The notes: a model not told the origin generated them from the sequence alone. 64,000 bases of DNA from an uncultured virus (IMG/VR IMGVR_UViG_3300021142_000026) (IMGVR_UViG_3300021142_000026), one strand, 5' to 3'; numbered from the stretch's first letter, positions 46,501 through 55,771 are shown. Program-made: numbers and translations.

Positions 46501-47502
46501 AGCTACTTGCACAAGGAATTGAAATTGAGCTGCACCATATGCAGTAGAACCGGAAACTGCCGTTTGAGTCTGAACAACTTTTTCGTACTCAATCGTGACA
46601 GATGTAATAGCACCTACCATTCCAAGAGCACCTGCCGCTAAGGCAGCAAAACCAGTTAACAGTGCACCCATTGCCAGTGTATTCTCACTCATGAGCTGGT
46701 GAGACTGTTGGAGCTGAGTAGCAAATGACCCAAAAGGACCACCAATCAAGGTCGCAATGTTAGAGAGGTTGGACAGTCCCTGCACAAACGGATTAGTTGC
46801 TGATACAGCCTCTCGCATGTCACGAGTAACCGCATTCATAGAATTGCGCAGCTTCAATTGTGCATTAGTCAGTTCTTCATGAGTCAGTAGTGAACTTCTC
46901 AGGCCAGCCGTATATTCAGCGGTAGCACCAATGGCTCCGGTATTAAGGGTCTCAGCGGTCTTAGTTGAAATACTGCCATTAGCCTGTTGCCGACCAAGAC
47001 GATCTTGGAAATCCTTTAGACGTGCATCAGCCTTAGCAATCTCTTCCCGTTGCAGAGACCAGAGATAGTTATTCCGTGCTAGTTGGGCTGCGGATTCTTT
47101 CTCAAGTTCTACCTGTCTGTTGATGAAGTTGATGTTCTCTTGCCAACCAAGGTTAACTCGCTGGTTACCGAGGGCATTCAGAGTTGCACCCTTAGGTTCG
47201 GTCAGTGCCTTTACATAAGCTGCATAGGCATTTTCCAGATACCTAATAGAATCTACCTTTGCCTCAGGTGCAATCTTGGTGGCATTGATCTTGGCGATCA
47301 TGTCCTGAACTTGCATCAGTCCACGGACAGCTTGCCCTTCTTGCCTAATGAGTGCTGAGGTTGTTTCGTCGATGGCACCCTTAGTGTTCTTCATGGCCGA
47401 TGCCACGGTATCACCAAATGCCTGAAGCTTAGATTGTGCGGTTGAGAGGCCAGAAGTGTTGGCATCTAATCCGAAAGTAATTCCGCCCAGGTTAAGGGAC
47501 AT
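43519..47502 (-). CDS. tape measure protein
   Basis: 1327-aa Ala/Gly-rich helical protein with TM stretch; C-terminal GPGTSTSDSI..LSAGEYVV. Confidence 0.93.
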   Translation of the reverse strand: MSLNLGGITFGLDANTSGLSTAQSKLQAFGDTVASAMKNTKGAIDETTSALIRQEGQAVRGLMQVQDMIAKINATKIAPEAKVDSIRYLENAYAAYVKALTEPKGATLNALGNQRVNLGWQENINFINRQVELEKESAAQLARNNYLWSLQREEIAKADARLKDFQDRLGRQQANGSISTKTAETLNTGAIGATAEYTAGLRSSLLTHEELTNAQLKLRNSMNAVTRDMREAVSATNPFVQGLSNLSNIATLIGGPFGSFATQLQQSHQLMSENTLAMGALLTGFAALAAGALGMVGAITSVTIEYEKVVQTQTAVSGSTAYGAAQFQFLVQVANQAGLSISTLTPAFNRFIASAVGSGSSVHEADQQFKNLAVTFGVMHLSSQDSANALKAFDEIMSRGYVTSRDLVTRLSNDFPGAMSIAKLATGATGAELDKMLKSGQVNGPAFVKAFQEAAAALYHIDLSKSVDTLQASLERIHNKWDVFILSISQAMGASQSFKNILTGLGSVLDWLGSHAQLVLSAIAGLAGALAGLAVAQVAIGIVTALGSGLAIMRAGITAATTAYYALTSAIRGGTIAMAAFDAASIANPIGIMIALVATLTAVIWGATSAFNTVNKAIDANNTKLVDFTSVDAYIAKAKDQKLQIDEVTNSLLKQVEAQAAAADQQLQGNNRQLMDANATVANWQARVSNAGGHANDYDKTQLAEWKRKAEGLQRLVDSGIAEGLRTQGRISDLENIQHLPSDNTVGPGSPKEQPDKKGSGIPGLDTLITKAKLADEELTNLWKGPPNEALIQAFEKTAAEISAIGDDTKKQALAAEKLHVSWDNVASSMDYLNTKVVLTSNAVKDFTKIWEDVHKSEGAIKGINDEIAALGQNIGKDNPGKSLAEGMKQAQAEMAKLSQGALKDIFDTIDRSGMNPNDNAASKAFAVKAQAEQTANLVTFLRQQGIAVKDLATDYDTALNALAKFYAGEQKAKETLTNLTNAEQALRTAQQTNRDSANVNAGLASGGLGGMLDAQNQNTAAAMFGKLGMAGVGAGNAYAGVLGTQQRYNDALKVSQGILDGQVKSWQSFGSNGVNALEGVILGTTKLKTALNTVLKDFVTTMANTTFFDPLKANLSSAIQQAMTGGGMGGFSLAKLFGGAQTGATVAAQTANTAQLVILNGLMTTLIAVQTMNAGGAYIGLAGLMGLAGGGQVNGPGTSTSDSIFAMLSAGEYVVNAKSAAKFMPLLEAINGGKLPGHANGGPIGQITTADLYTSSAGQNGSLQGGSKSHIIDASTTIHVAGNMDSVSLADLKAHLSLRDQQLRAQLPLLIDGRVQDSLKRNRYQR

Positions 47503-47528
47503 AGCCTACTCCTGATTAGTTGCCAACA

Positions 47529-47819
47529 CTACTTACGGCTTCGGCGCTTAGCCGCTTTAGCCTTGTCTTCTTGAAGAGCTCTCAACCGGTTGATTGCCGC
47601 ATCTTCAGCATTTGCCTTGCTGCTTCCTTGTTTCATGGCCTCTGCTTCTAATTCCTGACGCACCTTAAGGAAAGTTAACCAGGTCTTAAGTTTCTGCAGA
47701 GGCCATTTCAGCACAAGGTCGGAATCCATTCCAAGTTCATAGGCAACTGTTAAGGCTGCCCAAAGTAATGGATCACGTCGCAGCTTGGCTTTTGTCGTCA
47801 GTGGAAGGGACCACCCCCG
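47529..47819 (-). CDS. tail assembly chaperone T segment (expressed by frameshift)
   Basis: frame open from 47819: KAKLRRDPLLWAALTVAYELGMD...W..F; overlaps the G ORF in the +1 frame. Confidence 0.65.
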   Translation of the reverse strand, partial: RGWSLPLTTKAKLRRDPLLWAALTVAYELGMDSDLVLKWPLQKLKTWLTFLKVRQELEAEAMKQGSSKANAEDAAINRLRALQEDKAKAAKRRSRK

Positions 47820-48219
47820 TCAGATCGTTGATGGCTTCCTGAAGAACACGAATGTCACTGGAGAAAGGTAGAGCAAGGATATCAGGGATGTCACCATCTT
47901 CAAAGAGGCGTTCATCGGTTCCAGCGTTATAGACATAATTCACGATCATCAGTGCCATGCCATAAGCGCGATCCTCATTGGATTGGAACGATAAGACGTC
48001 CTCGATGGACGGATCTCGAACTTCAACAGGAACGCCAAAGAAGACAAGCTTCCGGCTATTAGGCTTGGCAGCAAAGATCTTGGCACGAGCATCATCACGG
48101 GACAGCTTTACCGGAGGCGCGGTTTCTAGCGCGTCGGAGGTAGCTGAGGGTGAGCCATGAGCCGAATCGGCAGTTACAATCGCGGGGCTATTATCAGTCG
48201 TATCCATTGTGGCCTCCAA
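47773..48219 (-). CDS. tail assembly chaperone G
   Basis: between tail tube and tape measure genes. Confidence 0.8.
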   Translation of the reverse strand: MEATMDTTDNSPAIVTADSAHGSPSATSDALETAPPVKLSRDDARAKIFAAKPNSRKLVFFGVPVEVRDPSIEDVLSFQSNEDRAYGMALMIVNYVYNAGTDERLFEDGDIPDILALPFSSDIRVLQEAINDLTGVVPSTDDKSQAAT

Positions 48220-48248
48220 TGGGTTGGTTGATGAAAGGGTTAGTTCGA

Positions 48249-49298
48249 TTACACGATGGTCGGGTTAGCTGTACCACGCATGTTCACAGTGAACGTATTG
48301 AGTCCGTCCACAGCGTTGTCAAGGCTACAATCGATCGGGAAAGCCGAACCAGAGATACCATCGAGCGGAGATTGTCCAGACGCACCAGAAGGAAGGTAAC
48401 GAGCGTAGATCGTCGTCTGGTTAACCCAAGCAGTCAGAACAGCCTGAACAGCAGTCGCAAGAGTGGAGGATCCCGAAATGTACCAGTTAGCCGGGAAAGC
48501 CACCAGAGCACCAGGAGGAACCCAGAGCATCGCGGAAACGGTTTCAGCTTCCACTTCACCTTGGTTACCAGACTGAGTACGCTTGCTGAGCTTGAAGAAC
48601 CCACGGAAGACAGTAAGACCGTCACCGTTAAGGTCAAGTACAATCATAACATAGCCACGACCTTGCAGAGCAGTTTCCCAGGCGTTAGAAGCCTTAAAGA
48701 TGTTACCCAATTCAAGAGTGACCGAACGAAGACCAGGAACCATGACACGGAAGCCAGAGTTCGTCTGCGCGTCGTCATAACCCGTCTGATCAATGGCAGT
48801 TTGCGTAAGGGAGAGCTTAGTGCTCTTGGCTTTAGCAATTTGGGTCATGGGAACATAGTAGTAAGTCATAGTTACAGGACCAGTGACAGTATACGTCGAC
48901 AGGAACGTAACAGTACCAGTCAGATAATCGATGCTCAGCACGTTGGCGGTTTGGTTAACACTGTTGTCGAGAACCGTAACAGTGTTGTTATAATCCATCA
49001 CACGGTGAGCCGTGTTCGTCACCTGATAAGTTTTACCAGACACAAGAGCACAGGCTTCTGCAGTCGTCGACGTAGGAGTACCACCTTTAAAGATGACCAT
49101 ATTGTAGCCGACGATGCCCTTGAAGATGGCATTCGCTTGGATGTTCCATTGACCAATATTCGGCTGATTGGATTCAAACGTTTGACCAAAAACAGTATCT
49201 TTGGTCTCGTTCAGTTCGTCCGTATACGAACCTTGGTTACCCGGAAGAGTATACCAAGTCGTACCATTCGTGCTGATTTGTACTGCTTTGTTAGACAT
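48249..49298 (-). CDS. major tail tube protein
   Basis: position; Thr-rich beta protein with apparently duplicated tube motifs. Confidence 0.82.
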   Translation of the reverse strand: MSNKAVQISTNGTTWYTLPGNQGSYTDELNETKDTVFGQTFESNQPNIGQWNIQANAIFKGIVGYNMVIFKGGTPTSTTAEACALVSGKTYQVTNTAHRVMDYNNTVTVLDNSVNQTANVLSIDYLTGTVTFLSTYTVTGPVTMTYYYVPMTQIAKAKSTKLSLTQTAIDQTGYDDAQTNSGFRVMVPGLRSVTLELGNIFKASNAWETALQGRGYVMIVLDLNGDGLTVFRGFFKLSKRTQSGNQGEVEAETVSAMLWVPPGALVAFPANWYISGSSTLATAVQAVLTAWVNQTTIYARYLPSGASGQSPLDGISGSAFPIDCSLDNAVDGLNTFTVNMRGTANPTIV

Positions 49299-49324
49299 GG
49301 TCTACTCCTTAGGGGTTGTGATGG

Positions 49325-49744
49325 CTAAATACGATATCCAGTACCACTGGGGTAGGAAACAATGAGGCTAAGGTTGAGAGAGAACATAGGACGACTTTTA
49401 TCATCCTGACCAAGATCCAGAATGTCTCCCAGAGTCTTGCAACCATCTAGGAGAGGGTATAATGTAGGATGTGAAGGAATACGAACCAACACATCACGAC
49501 AAGCAATAGTCTGATCATATGCATCCTCATACTTACCCTGTCCTTGCCCACCACGAACAATCAGCTGAATGGCAGGATAGTCAATTGCAACAGCTACCTC
49601 ACCTGGACGTCCACCTGCATGTCGTACAAGTACTTGAGCATCCGGAGTCTCATACAAGCCACCCGCAAAATAAGAATACCCCGAAGACGGCATAGCCGCT
49701 GCGAGGATGTTCCGAATCTGAATTGCAGGTGACTGTGTAGCCAT
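49325..49744 (-). CDS. tail terminator protein
   Basis: YPAIQLIVRG...LGQDDKSRP.FSLN; position. Confidence 0.75.
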   Translation of the reverse strand: MATQSPAIQIRNILAAAMPSSGYSYFAGGLYETPDAQVLVRHAGGRPGEVAVAIDYPAIQLIVRGGQGQGKYEDAYDQTIACRDVLVRIPSHPTLYPLLDGCKTLGDILDLGQDDKSRPMFSLNLSLIVSYPSGTGYRI

Positions 49745-49745
49745 T

Positions 49746-50342
49746 CTAACTCAATCCCATCCGAATACGAAGGTTATCAGTAACACGTTGGACGATATTA
49801 TGATAGTCCTCGTCTATCGCACGTTGCAGAAATTTATCCGTTGTCGGGGGGTCGTGCGTGGCAGGGATTTCATGGACGTAGATAGCATAGTGAGGCTCAC
49901 CACCCCGAGCATAACCAATTTCACAGCGAGCCCCTCCTCTGTATTGTTCAGTTGCCACATACCTAGAGTTGACTAGTTCCAGCGTATCTTTCGGACAATA
50001 GTAGGCAGACAACTCAAGGGTAGGCTTTAGTGCCTCAGTCAAGTCGTTAGGAAGAAAGCCTTCTAGTTGCTCCGTATACCATTGAAGGTCCTTTGCTAAG
50101 GTGCCGAACGCTTCCTTGAGACCCTCATATAAGGAAGATTCCGAAGAACCATCTACCACAATATTAGAACGCCCTACATTGATCTTGATCGGCGTAATAC
50201 CTGCAGAACCTGTAGGCTGAACTTCTGGAGGCACTGCAGAACTAAGACCTTGGCGCCTTTGCTTGCCTTTAGGAAGAGACCCACGCTTACCAGTGCGACG
50301 GTCAATCCTTTTAAGCAGAGGGTCAAAATCACGAATGCTCAT
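49746..50342 (-). CDS. tail completion protein (HK97 gp10-like)
   Basis: PKDT..L..S, YAIYVHE, KFLQRA. Confidence 0.75.
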   Translation of the reverse strand: MSIRDFDPLLKRIDRRTGKRGSLPKGKQRRQGLSSAVPPEVQPTGSAGITPIKINVGRSNIVVDGSSESSLYEGLKEAFGTLAKDLQWYTEQLEGFLPNDLTEALKPTLELSAYYCPKDTLELVNSRYVATEQYRGGARCEIGYARGGEPHYAIYVHEIPATHDPPTTDKFLQRAIDEDYHNIVQRVTDNLRIRMGLS

Positions 50343-50707
50343 CCTGTGTATGCCCGCCTTTCTTTTTCCATATTCCGAAGATCAGTCGCCGTATGGAAGG
50401 CATGAATTTGGTGAGCAGGAACGGTGCCATCATTTGGATTCGTGGTGTATCCTGGACCATTAGTAAAGTCACCAGGCGCCAGATAACCTTCTTCCACTAC
50501 ATCGGTATCCAGAAGCACAAGGCTGTTATACTTGACTTCATCACCATGAATGTTGGTCACAAGATTAGAGTCTCGAGTCCAGCGCCCATGAATGAGCACA
50601 GGTGTAGCGAACTGGAACTCATTGTAATTGTTAACACCTGCAGGCGCCCAATAAGTAATGGGTTGGTTCATGTTACGGCTGCCAGGGCCCATTGAGGGAA
50701 GTCCCAT
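50339..50707 (-). CDS. head closure / stopper protein
   Basis: position after adaptor; TYWAP...F..PV.I.GRW. Confidence 0.7.
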   Translation of the reverse strand: MGLPSMGPGSRNMNQPITYWAPAGVNNYNEFQFATPVLIHGRWTRDSNLVTNIHGDEVKYNSLVLLDTDVVEEGYLAPGDFTNGPGYTTNPNDGTVPAHQIHAFHTATDLRNMEKERRAYTG

Positions 50708-50725
50708 AAGTCACCTATGTGTTCG

Positions 50726-51175
50726 TTAAGCAGGCCAAGGATAGTAACCAGTCTCCGGAGGCAGTGTACCAGGAACTGCAGAGACACTGCCACCACCGGC
50801 AGAGAATTGGGCAGGAAGCTTCTTGGAGGTAAGACCTTTCAGAATCCCTGAGGTATCCATCATGATGGCTTGTTGGCCATACCGTGTAGCAGCAAATCCG
50901 GTTTGGTTTGCGAAGGTGGCTGCTACATAGGTATCACGTGAATATTCTCCGGACTGCGATGAAGTAAGTCCACCTCGTTCAGTCAGCATCAACATAAAAT
51001 GGCAAGCCAAGTAACGCTCAATGGCCGTCAGGCGTGCTGTGGAGAGACTTGCATTGGCCAACGTTTCCGTGATGAAGAGGTTGGCATCATCTAAACACAC
51101 CTGAACCATTGTGTCAGGGACACCAGTCGGCACTTCCATAAATGACGTAATGTCTTCAGGTGCGTTTAGTGACAT
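50726..51175 (-). CDS. head-tail adaptor protein
   Basis: IERYLACH...TRYGQQA...DTSG.L. Confidence 0.75.
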   Translation of the reverse strand: MSLNAPEDITSFMEVPTGVPDTMVQVCLDDANLFITETLANASLSTARLTAIERYLACHFMLMLTERGGLTSSQSGEYSRDTYVAATFANQTGFAATRYGQQAIMMDTSGILKGLTSKKLPAQFSAGGGSVSAVPGTLPPETGYYPWPA

Positions 51176-51189
51176 CGTGAACCCCTAAC

Positions 51190-51744
51190 TTAAGCAGCAG
51201 GCTTGGAGTCGGTGGCTTCTTTGGCTTCTTCAGCATCGGCGGCCGGAGCAGCTTCAACCACAGGCGGAACAGTCAGAGCTTCTTGGGTTTCCTTGATGGT
51301 CGGCGGAGTAGAGTCTACAACCGGAACGCCATCAAAGAGCGGAGTCGCAGGCGGGGTCTCATTCGCGGGATAGAACTTATCCTGGAACGCTGCGTACTGC
51401 TCAGGAGTCAGATACACAGTGTCACCCGCAAGAGCTTGAACTCGTTCGCCCTTGGTGATGTACCAATGCTCACGACCAGCCTTCAGGATGTAGGGGTCAG
51501 TGCCTTCCATGGGCTTTCCTTGATCTGGAAACGGCGACGGGATGTCGTCAACGAGGTTTGCCTCAGGCTTATCTACCTTAGCCATATCAATATGTCCTTT
51601 CGAGCCAAGGGAACCATCTCGGAAAACCATAGCTGGATGCCGAAGATATTCCCCTTCATCATCTGTCCAGTCACCGTTAAGTTGAGCGTACTTCCGTGCT
51701 TCTGCAATAGTTGCTTCTTTACGGCCGGCCATCTCACTCTCCAA
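51190..51744 (-). CDS. hypothetical protein after major capsid gene
   Basis: acidic ORF with GGAG RBS. Confidence 0.65.
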   Translation of the reverse strand: MESEMAGRKEATIAEARKYAQLNGDWTDDEGEYLRHPAMVFRDGSLGSKGHIDMAKVDKPEANLVDDIPSPFPDQGKPMEGTDPYILKAGREHWYITKGERVQALAGDTVYLTPEQYAAFQDKFYPANETPPATPLFDGVPVVDSTPPTIKETQEALTVPPVVEAAPAADAEEAKEATDSKPAA

Positions 51745-51788
51745 TGACTGAACAGATGATTAGGTAGTGGTTAGTAGAGCACTTACCC

Positions 51789-52796
51789 TTACGAGTAGTG
51801 TGCAATACCACACTGGTTCAGATAGTCTGCACGGACACGCGGGAGCATGATGCAGAAGATCATGAAGTTCAGTTCAAAGCCACCGCGGTTTTCCCACTCA
51901 ACCATCATAGGCTGAATGCCGTCGATGAGTTGGATCACGTCAGAGGTCAGTTGGACCATCAGCACGTTCGTACCAGTCATACGCGAGGTAGGAATGATAC
52001 CATCGATGCCGGGGATCTTCAGCAGACGCTCGAGGATCGTAACGTCGGCGTAGGTCTTGTAGTCTTCCGCCAGCGCATTGTAAACGTTGAGCGGAACAAC
52101 CAGGACATACGGACCGAACATGTTCTTGGCCATCAGGGCGTTCTGCATGGCAATCGCATCCGCGATAACCTGAGTACCCGTGGCAGTCAGCCAAGAAGCA
52201 GTCACCGAACCGGTGTTACGATACGGCTGAGTCATCAGACCGTAGATAGCACCAATCGACGCACCGATAGTCATGCCGTTGAAGATGATCTGTTCAACCA
52301 TTTCGGCGATCTTGCGGGTAGCAATTTCAGCCTGCGTGGTGTCCAGAGGCATCCCACCGCGACGAGTGATCGCCAGGGTACGAGCGTCCATCTGGAACTC
52401 TTTGTGGATCATCGGGATCGGCATGGACTGGAAGTCGAAGTCGATTTCGTCCTTATCCGCTTCCGACAGGCCAGTCATAGTGACTTCAGCCGGGTTCATA
52501 TCACCGGACCGTTGCCATTGCAGCTGGATAACGCCAAGAGCGTTCGGGATCGGATAGGTCAGACCGCGCGACATCAGCAGGTTGGCCATGATCAGACGTT
52601 CACGGGCAATCTGGATGATGACGTTGTCGAACAGCTTCCATTCATCATACAGGAGAACGTTGTTCGTCCGCAGGGCTTGCGGGTCGAAGTTGTTCTCCAT
52701 GAGGGTGCGCAGCTGCGAGCCACCACCCAGAGCCTTCGATGCACCACCTTGGTTAAGGACGGTCACCGTGGCATCAGAACGAGTATTTCCGAACAT
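51789..52796 (-). CDS. major capsid protein (HK97 fold, linocin/encapsulin-like family)
   Basis: 335 aa, AGGAGG RBS, high-expression codons; PIPMIHKEF, FGPYVL; position after protease and decoration genes. Confidence 0.9.
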   Translation of the reverse strand: MFGNTRSDATVTVLNQGGASKALGGGSQLRTLMENNFDPQALRTNNVLLYDEWKLFDNVIIQIARERLIMANLLMSRGLTYPIPNALGVIQLQWQRSGDMNPAEVTMTGLSEADKDEIDFDFQSMPIPMIHKEFQMDARTLAITRRGGMPLDTTQAEIATRKIAEMVEQIIFNGMTIGASIGAIYGLMTQPYRNTGSVTASWLTATGTQVIADAIAMQNALMAKNMFGPYVLVVPLNVYNALAEDYKTYADVTILERLLKIPGIDGIIPTSRMTGTNVLMVQLTSDVIQLIDGIQPMMVEWENRGGFELNFMIFCIMLPRVRADYLNQCGIAHYS

Positions 52797-52849
52797 ATTG
52801 TCCCTCCTAAGGACTAGCTAATGAGCCTATCAACTAGGCGGGCGAACTA

Positions 52850-53665
52850 CTAGTTCAGAACGCGGACGCGGATCTGCTGAGCCTGAGCGATCTGGGAAGT
52901 AGCACCCAGAGCTTGGAACTGGGCATTACCCGAACCACCATCTTGACCAGCAGCCAGCAGGGTCTGGGCGATAACACCAACCAGACCAGCACCCGTACCA
53001 ACCGCAGTGGCAGTCACGAGAGCAGCAGCAGCAGCGTTGGCAACGATCTGGGCAACAATGGCAGTAGCCGAAGTCGAACCAGTTTGCGGAGTCACGACAA
53101 TGTCTTGACCATTGTTAACAGCAATCGCAGCAGTACCAGCCGCCAGGATCTGGATCGAGATGCTGTTACCAGCCGCACCACCCTTAACGGCAACGAGGTT
53201 GATACCACCGTTGGAAACACCGCTGTTGATCGTAACAGCCGCCTTATCACCGTTGGCAACAGTGTATTCACGGAGGTTACCTGCACCATCGGATTCCAGG
53301 AAGTCACCGAAAGCGACGGCAGTGGCGTTGGCAGCAAGCCAGGCCAGGAATTCAACACCCGGCTGCAGAGCCGCATATTGAACCGTGGCGTTAGCAGGCC
53401 AAGCGGTCGAGATGTTCGGAGTCAGAGCGTTGTTCGGCGCCCAGAAGTTTTCCAGAGCCACCAGAGCCGTAACACGACCGGTCAGCGCTTGAGGCTGAAT
53501 GGTGGTCGTGTACAGAGGAGCAAAGGCCTGACCAGACGGAGAAGTCGTAGTCTGGCTAGAACCGGTTTCCTGAACCAGTTGGCCAGGAAGCAGCGTGGCA
53601 ACGGAAACGACACCTTCCTTGTAGACGACTTCCGAATTACCACGAAGGATGACACGTTGAGACAT
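52850..53665 (-). CDS. capsid decoration protein with inserted domain
   Basis: position; PGQLV...GDFLESDGAGNLR...IRVRV. Confidence 0.75.
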   Translation of the reverse strand: MSQRVILRGNSEVVYKEGVVSVATLLPGQLVQETGSSQTTTSPSGQAFAPLYTTTIQPQALTGRVTALVALENFWAPNNALTPNISTAWPANATVQYAALQPGVEFLAWLAANATAVAFGDFLESDGAGNLREYTVANGDKAAVTINSGVSNGGINLVAVKGGAAGNSISIQILAAGTAAIAVNNGQDIVVTPQTGSTSATAIVAQIVANAAAAALVTATAVGTGAGLVGVIAQTLLAAGQDGGSGNAQFQALGATSQIAQAQQIRVRVLN

Positions 53666-53708
53666 AAGGTTCTCCTAGAGAGATGAGGGACGAGGCAGGA
53701 CTACGATC

Positions 53709-55319
53709 TTAGTGCTTCCAGGTACCCACGCGATGAGCCGCCTTAGTGTCTCCAGTCAGTGCACGAGTCACCGGAGGAGCACCAAACTTTGTGGCAGCTT
53801 GATTGCGCTGTTCATCAGCACCACCAACCGCCGAATCATCGGTGGAGGCAGCAAAGACTTGCGGCGCCACGGGAGCAGGACGACCGAGGAAGGCTTGACC
53901 TTCGTTGACCGCAATGGTCGGTTCCGCAGTCTTAGCCAGAGCAGCGATACCTTCCAGAACTTCATTGTCCATCGAGTCAAGAGCCGCATCCGAGAAGGTA
54001 TTGGACTTGTTGGCTTTGATCGAGGCAATGAGAGCGGCCTTGCGCGAAGCATTAGCCTTCAGGCCATCTTCAATCATCTTACGCAGGGCAGGCGGAACAG
54101 TCGCCAGATAGTCTTCCATCGACGGAGGCGCCGAAGAGGCGTTGACGACGGGAGCTTCGACGGCAGGAGCAGAGACCGCGGCAGCAGCAGACTGAGCCGG
54201 ATCGGTGTTGTTCGTGGTCATAGGAACACCTTCATTTGCAATGACCGTGGTGTCTTCGGTCGGTTCAACACCATTGTTCACACCACCCTCCTCACTGACC
54301 TTAGGGGCAGGAAGGATGGAAGTGAGAAGCATCACCGGCTCAGGTTCACCAGTGAATTCAACGTCTCCGGTCTCGTCCATCGTGTAAGTGACGGAGAAAA
54401 GCGAAGATTCCCAATCTTGGTTGTAACCTTGCACAACCGCAGTATCGGAGGTAGCATCAACCAGATAAACATACTGGAGATCAGAGAACTTGACCTTTAC
54501 GGCCTGTCCAAGAATATTGCGGGCGTCAGAGGCCAGGATCGTAGAGGCAACGGCGTTGCTCTTGAAGTTGGCCATCGCGCTTTGAAGGACCTTCTCAACC
54601 ACAGTGGCCGGAAGCAGTTGGGGGACTTCAACAGCCGAAGCAGTAAGAACAACACCAGTAGCTTGTGTGGCGTTAGCGTTCTCTGTCTGGCAAGTGCATT
54701 GCGCGTTAGTTGACATAGTGACCTCGCTTGCTGCGTTGAGGCGTGGAGCACCACAGCCGTTCTCAATCGAACATGCCCCGAGGACGCCATCTGACAGCAT
54801 GGCCAGGTGATCAGAGTTGATGTTCGCCCATTTTGCCGTATACTTCTGTCCTCTAAAGGTACCAGCCTCAGGAATCACATCACAAAAGAGGCCTGTGCTA
54901 ACCTCAACAACCTTACCCGAATTTATCCGGTCGACGACATCTTGGAACTCACCACCAAGCTCTTGAGCACGTGCGGTATCGATCCAAGCCTCCAGCTTCA
55001 GGGAGGAGTCATCATAGTAGGCATTGAAGACATATCCGAAAGCCCAATCTTCCATGACCTTAGGATGATTGGCAGAAACGAATGCACCCTGAATCTGCGG
55101 ATGGTTCATCACAATCGGACGACCGTTCCACTTAGCAGGCAAACTCTCAAGGGCGGAGGAAGGGCAAAACTCTGGCGACGAAGCATTCGCACCAAAGAGG
55201 ACACCTTCCTTCAACGCCACAACGGGGACAACCAGGTATTCACGTCCCGAGAAGCTCTCGGTCCGGATGAGAGACGTATTCGAGTCCGTCTGAACTCTAA
55301 TTTCTCTAAGTTGTGCCAT
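53709..55319 (-). CDS. prohead protease / scaffold (DUF2213-like)
   Basis: WNGRPIVMNHP, EVSTG, DHLAML..GACS..GCG; start placed at ATG 55319. Confidence 0.85.
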   Translation of the reverse strand: MAQLREIRVQTDSNTSLIRTESFSGREYLVVPVVALKEGVLFGANASSPEFCPSSALESLPAKWNGRPIVMNHPQIQGAFVSANHPKVMEDWAFGYVFNAYYDDSSLKLEAWIDTARAQELGGEFQDVVDRINSGKVVEVSTGLFCDVIPEAGTFRGQKYTAKWANINSDHLAMLSDGVLGACSIENGCGAPRLNAASEVTMSTNAQCTCQTENANATQATGVVLTASAVEVPQLLPATVVEKVLQSAMANFKSNAVASTILASDARNILGQAVKVKFSDLQYVYLVDATSDTAVVQGYNQDWESSLFSVTYTMDETGDVEFTGEPEPVMLLTSILPAPKVSEEGGVNNGVEPTEDTTVIANEGVPMTTNNTDPAQSAAAAVSAPAVEAPVVNASSAPPSMEDYLATVPPALRKMIEDGLKANASRKAALIASIKANKSNTFSDAALDSMDNEVLEGIAALAKTAEPTIAVNEGQAFLGRPAPVAPQVFAASTDDSAVGGADEQRNQAATKFGAPPVTRALTGDTKAAHRVGTWKH

Positions 55320-55325
55320 GTTCTC

Positions 55326-55354
55326 ATTATACCGTTTGATGTTTAGGAAATCAA
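55326..55354 (-). promoter_or_regulatory. sigma70-type promoter of the head operon, probably leaderless
   Basis: TTGATT-N17-TATAAT, 6 nt before ATG 55319. Confidence 0.65.
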
Positions 55355-55397
55355 GACCCAGAAATCTGGTCACACTTATATTTAGTTGACCAGCCTC

Positions 55398-55757
55398 TTA
55401 GAATCCCCAAGGGAACATAGTACGTTTCACCGTCCACGGACCTTCATTATAATCCACAACCGATCCATCATTAAGCTTAATCCGGAGGGTATATTCATAA
55501 GTCCCAGGAATTGCATTATAAGCATATTGCTGAGCCTTCGGAATGGTGAGGACACTCTTACCCAAAGTGTTAGGGCTTAAAATGGCAACAGTGACAGCCG
55601 TATAAGGAATCACCACTACACCTTTAGGAGTTCCAACCTGCAGATAGATTGTAGCACCTGTCAAGTCTTGAGGTGTGATACCGTCGGACTGATACGCCTG
55701 GTGATTGATAATCCAGTCCTGACCAGAATTTACGGTCACTGGTACAAAGTTAGACAT
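55398..55757 (-). CDS. Ig-like (BppU-type) virion protein
   Basis: DLTGATI...G...LTI...GTYEY.LRI...G pattern. Confidence 0.65.
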   Translation of the reverse strand: MSNFVPVTVNSGQDWIINHQAYQSDGITPQDLTGATIYLQVGTPKGVVVIPYTAVTVAILSPNTLGKSVLTIPKAQQYAYNAIPGTYEYTLRIKLNDGSVVDYNEGPWTVKRTMFPWGF

Positions 55758-55771
55758 GCCCTCTGCCCTCC

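Noticed and set aside
51789..52796. Encapsulin/linocin nanocompartment
   Set aside because: Its place between protease, decoration and head-tail connector genes identifies it as the phage major capsid protein
48150..54713. Long + strand ORFs (48150-49328, 51798-52817, 52913-53686, 53712-54713)
   Set aside because: Antisense shadows of codon-biased structural genes; no RBS or recognisable motifs
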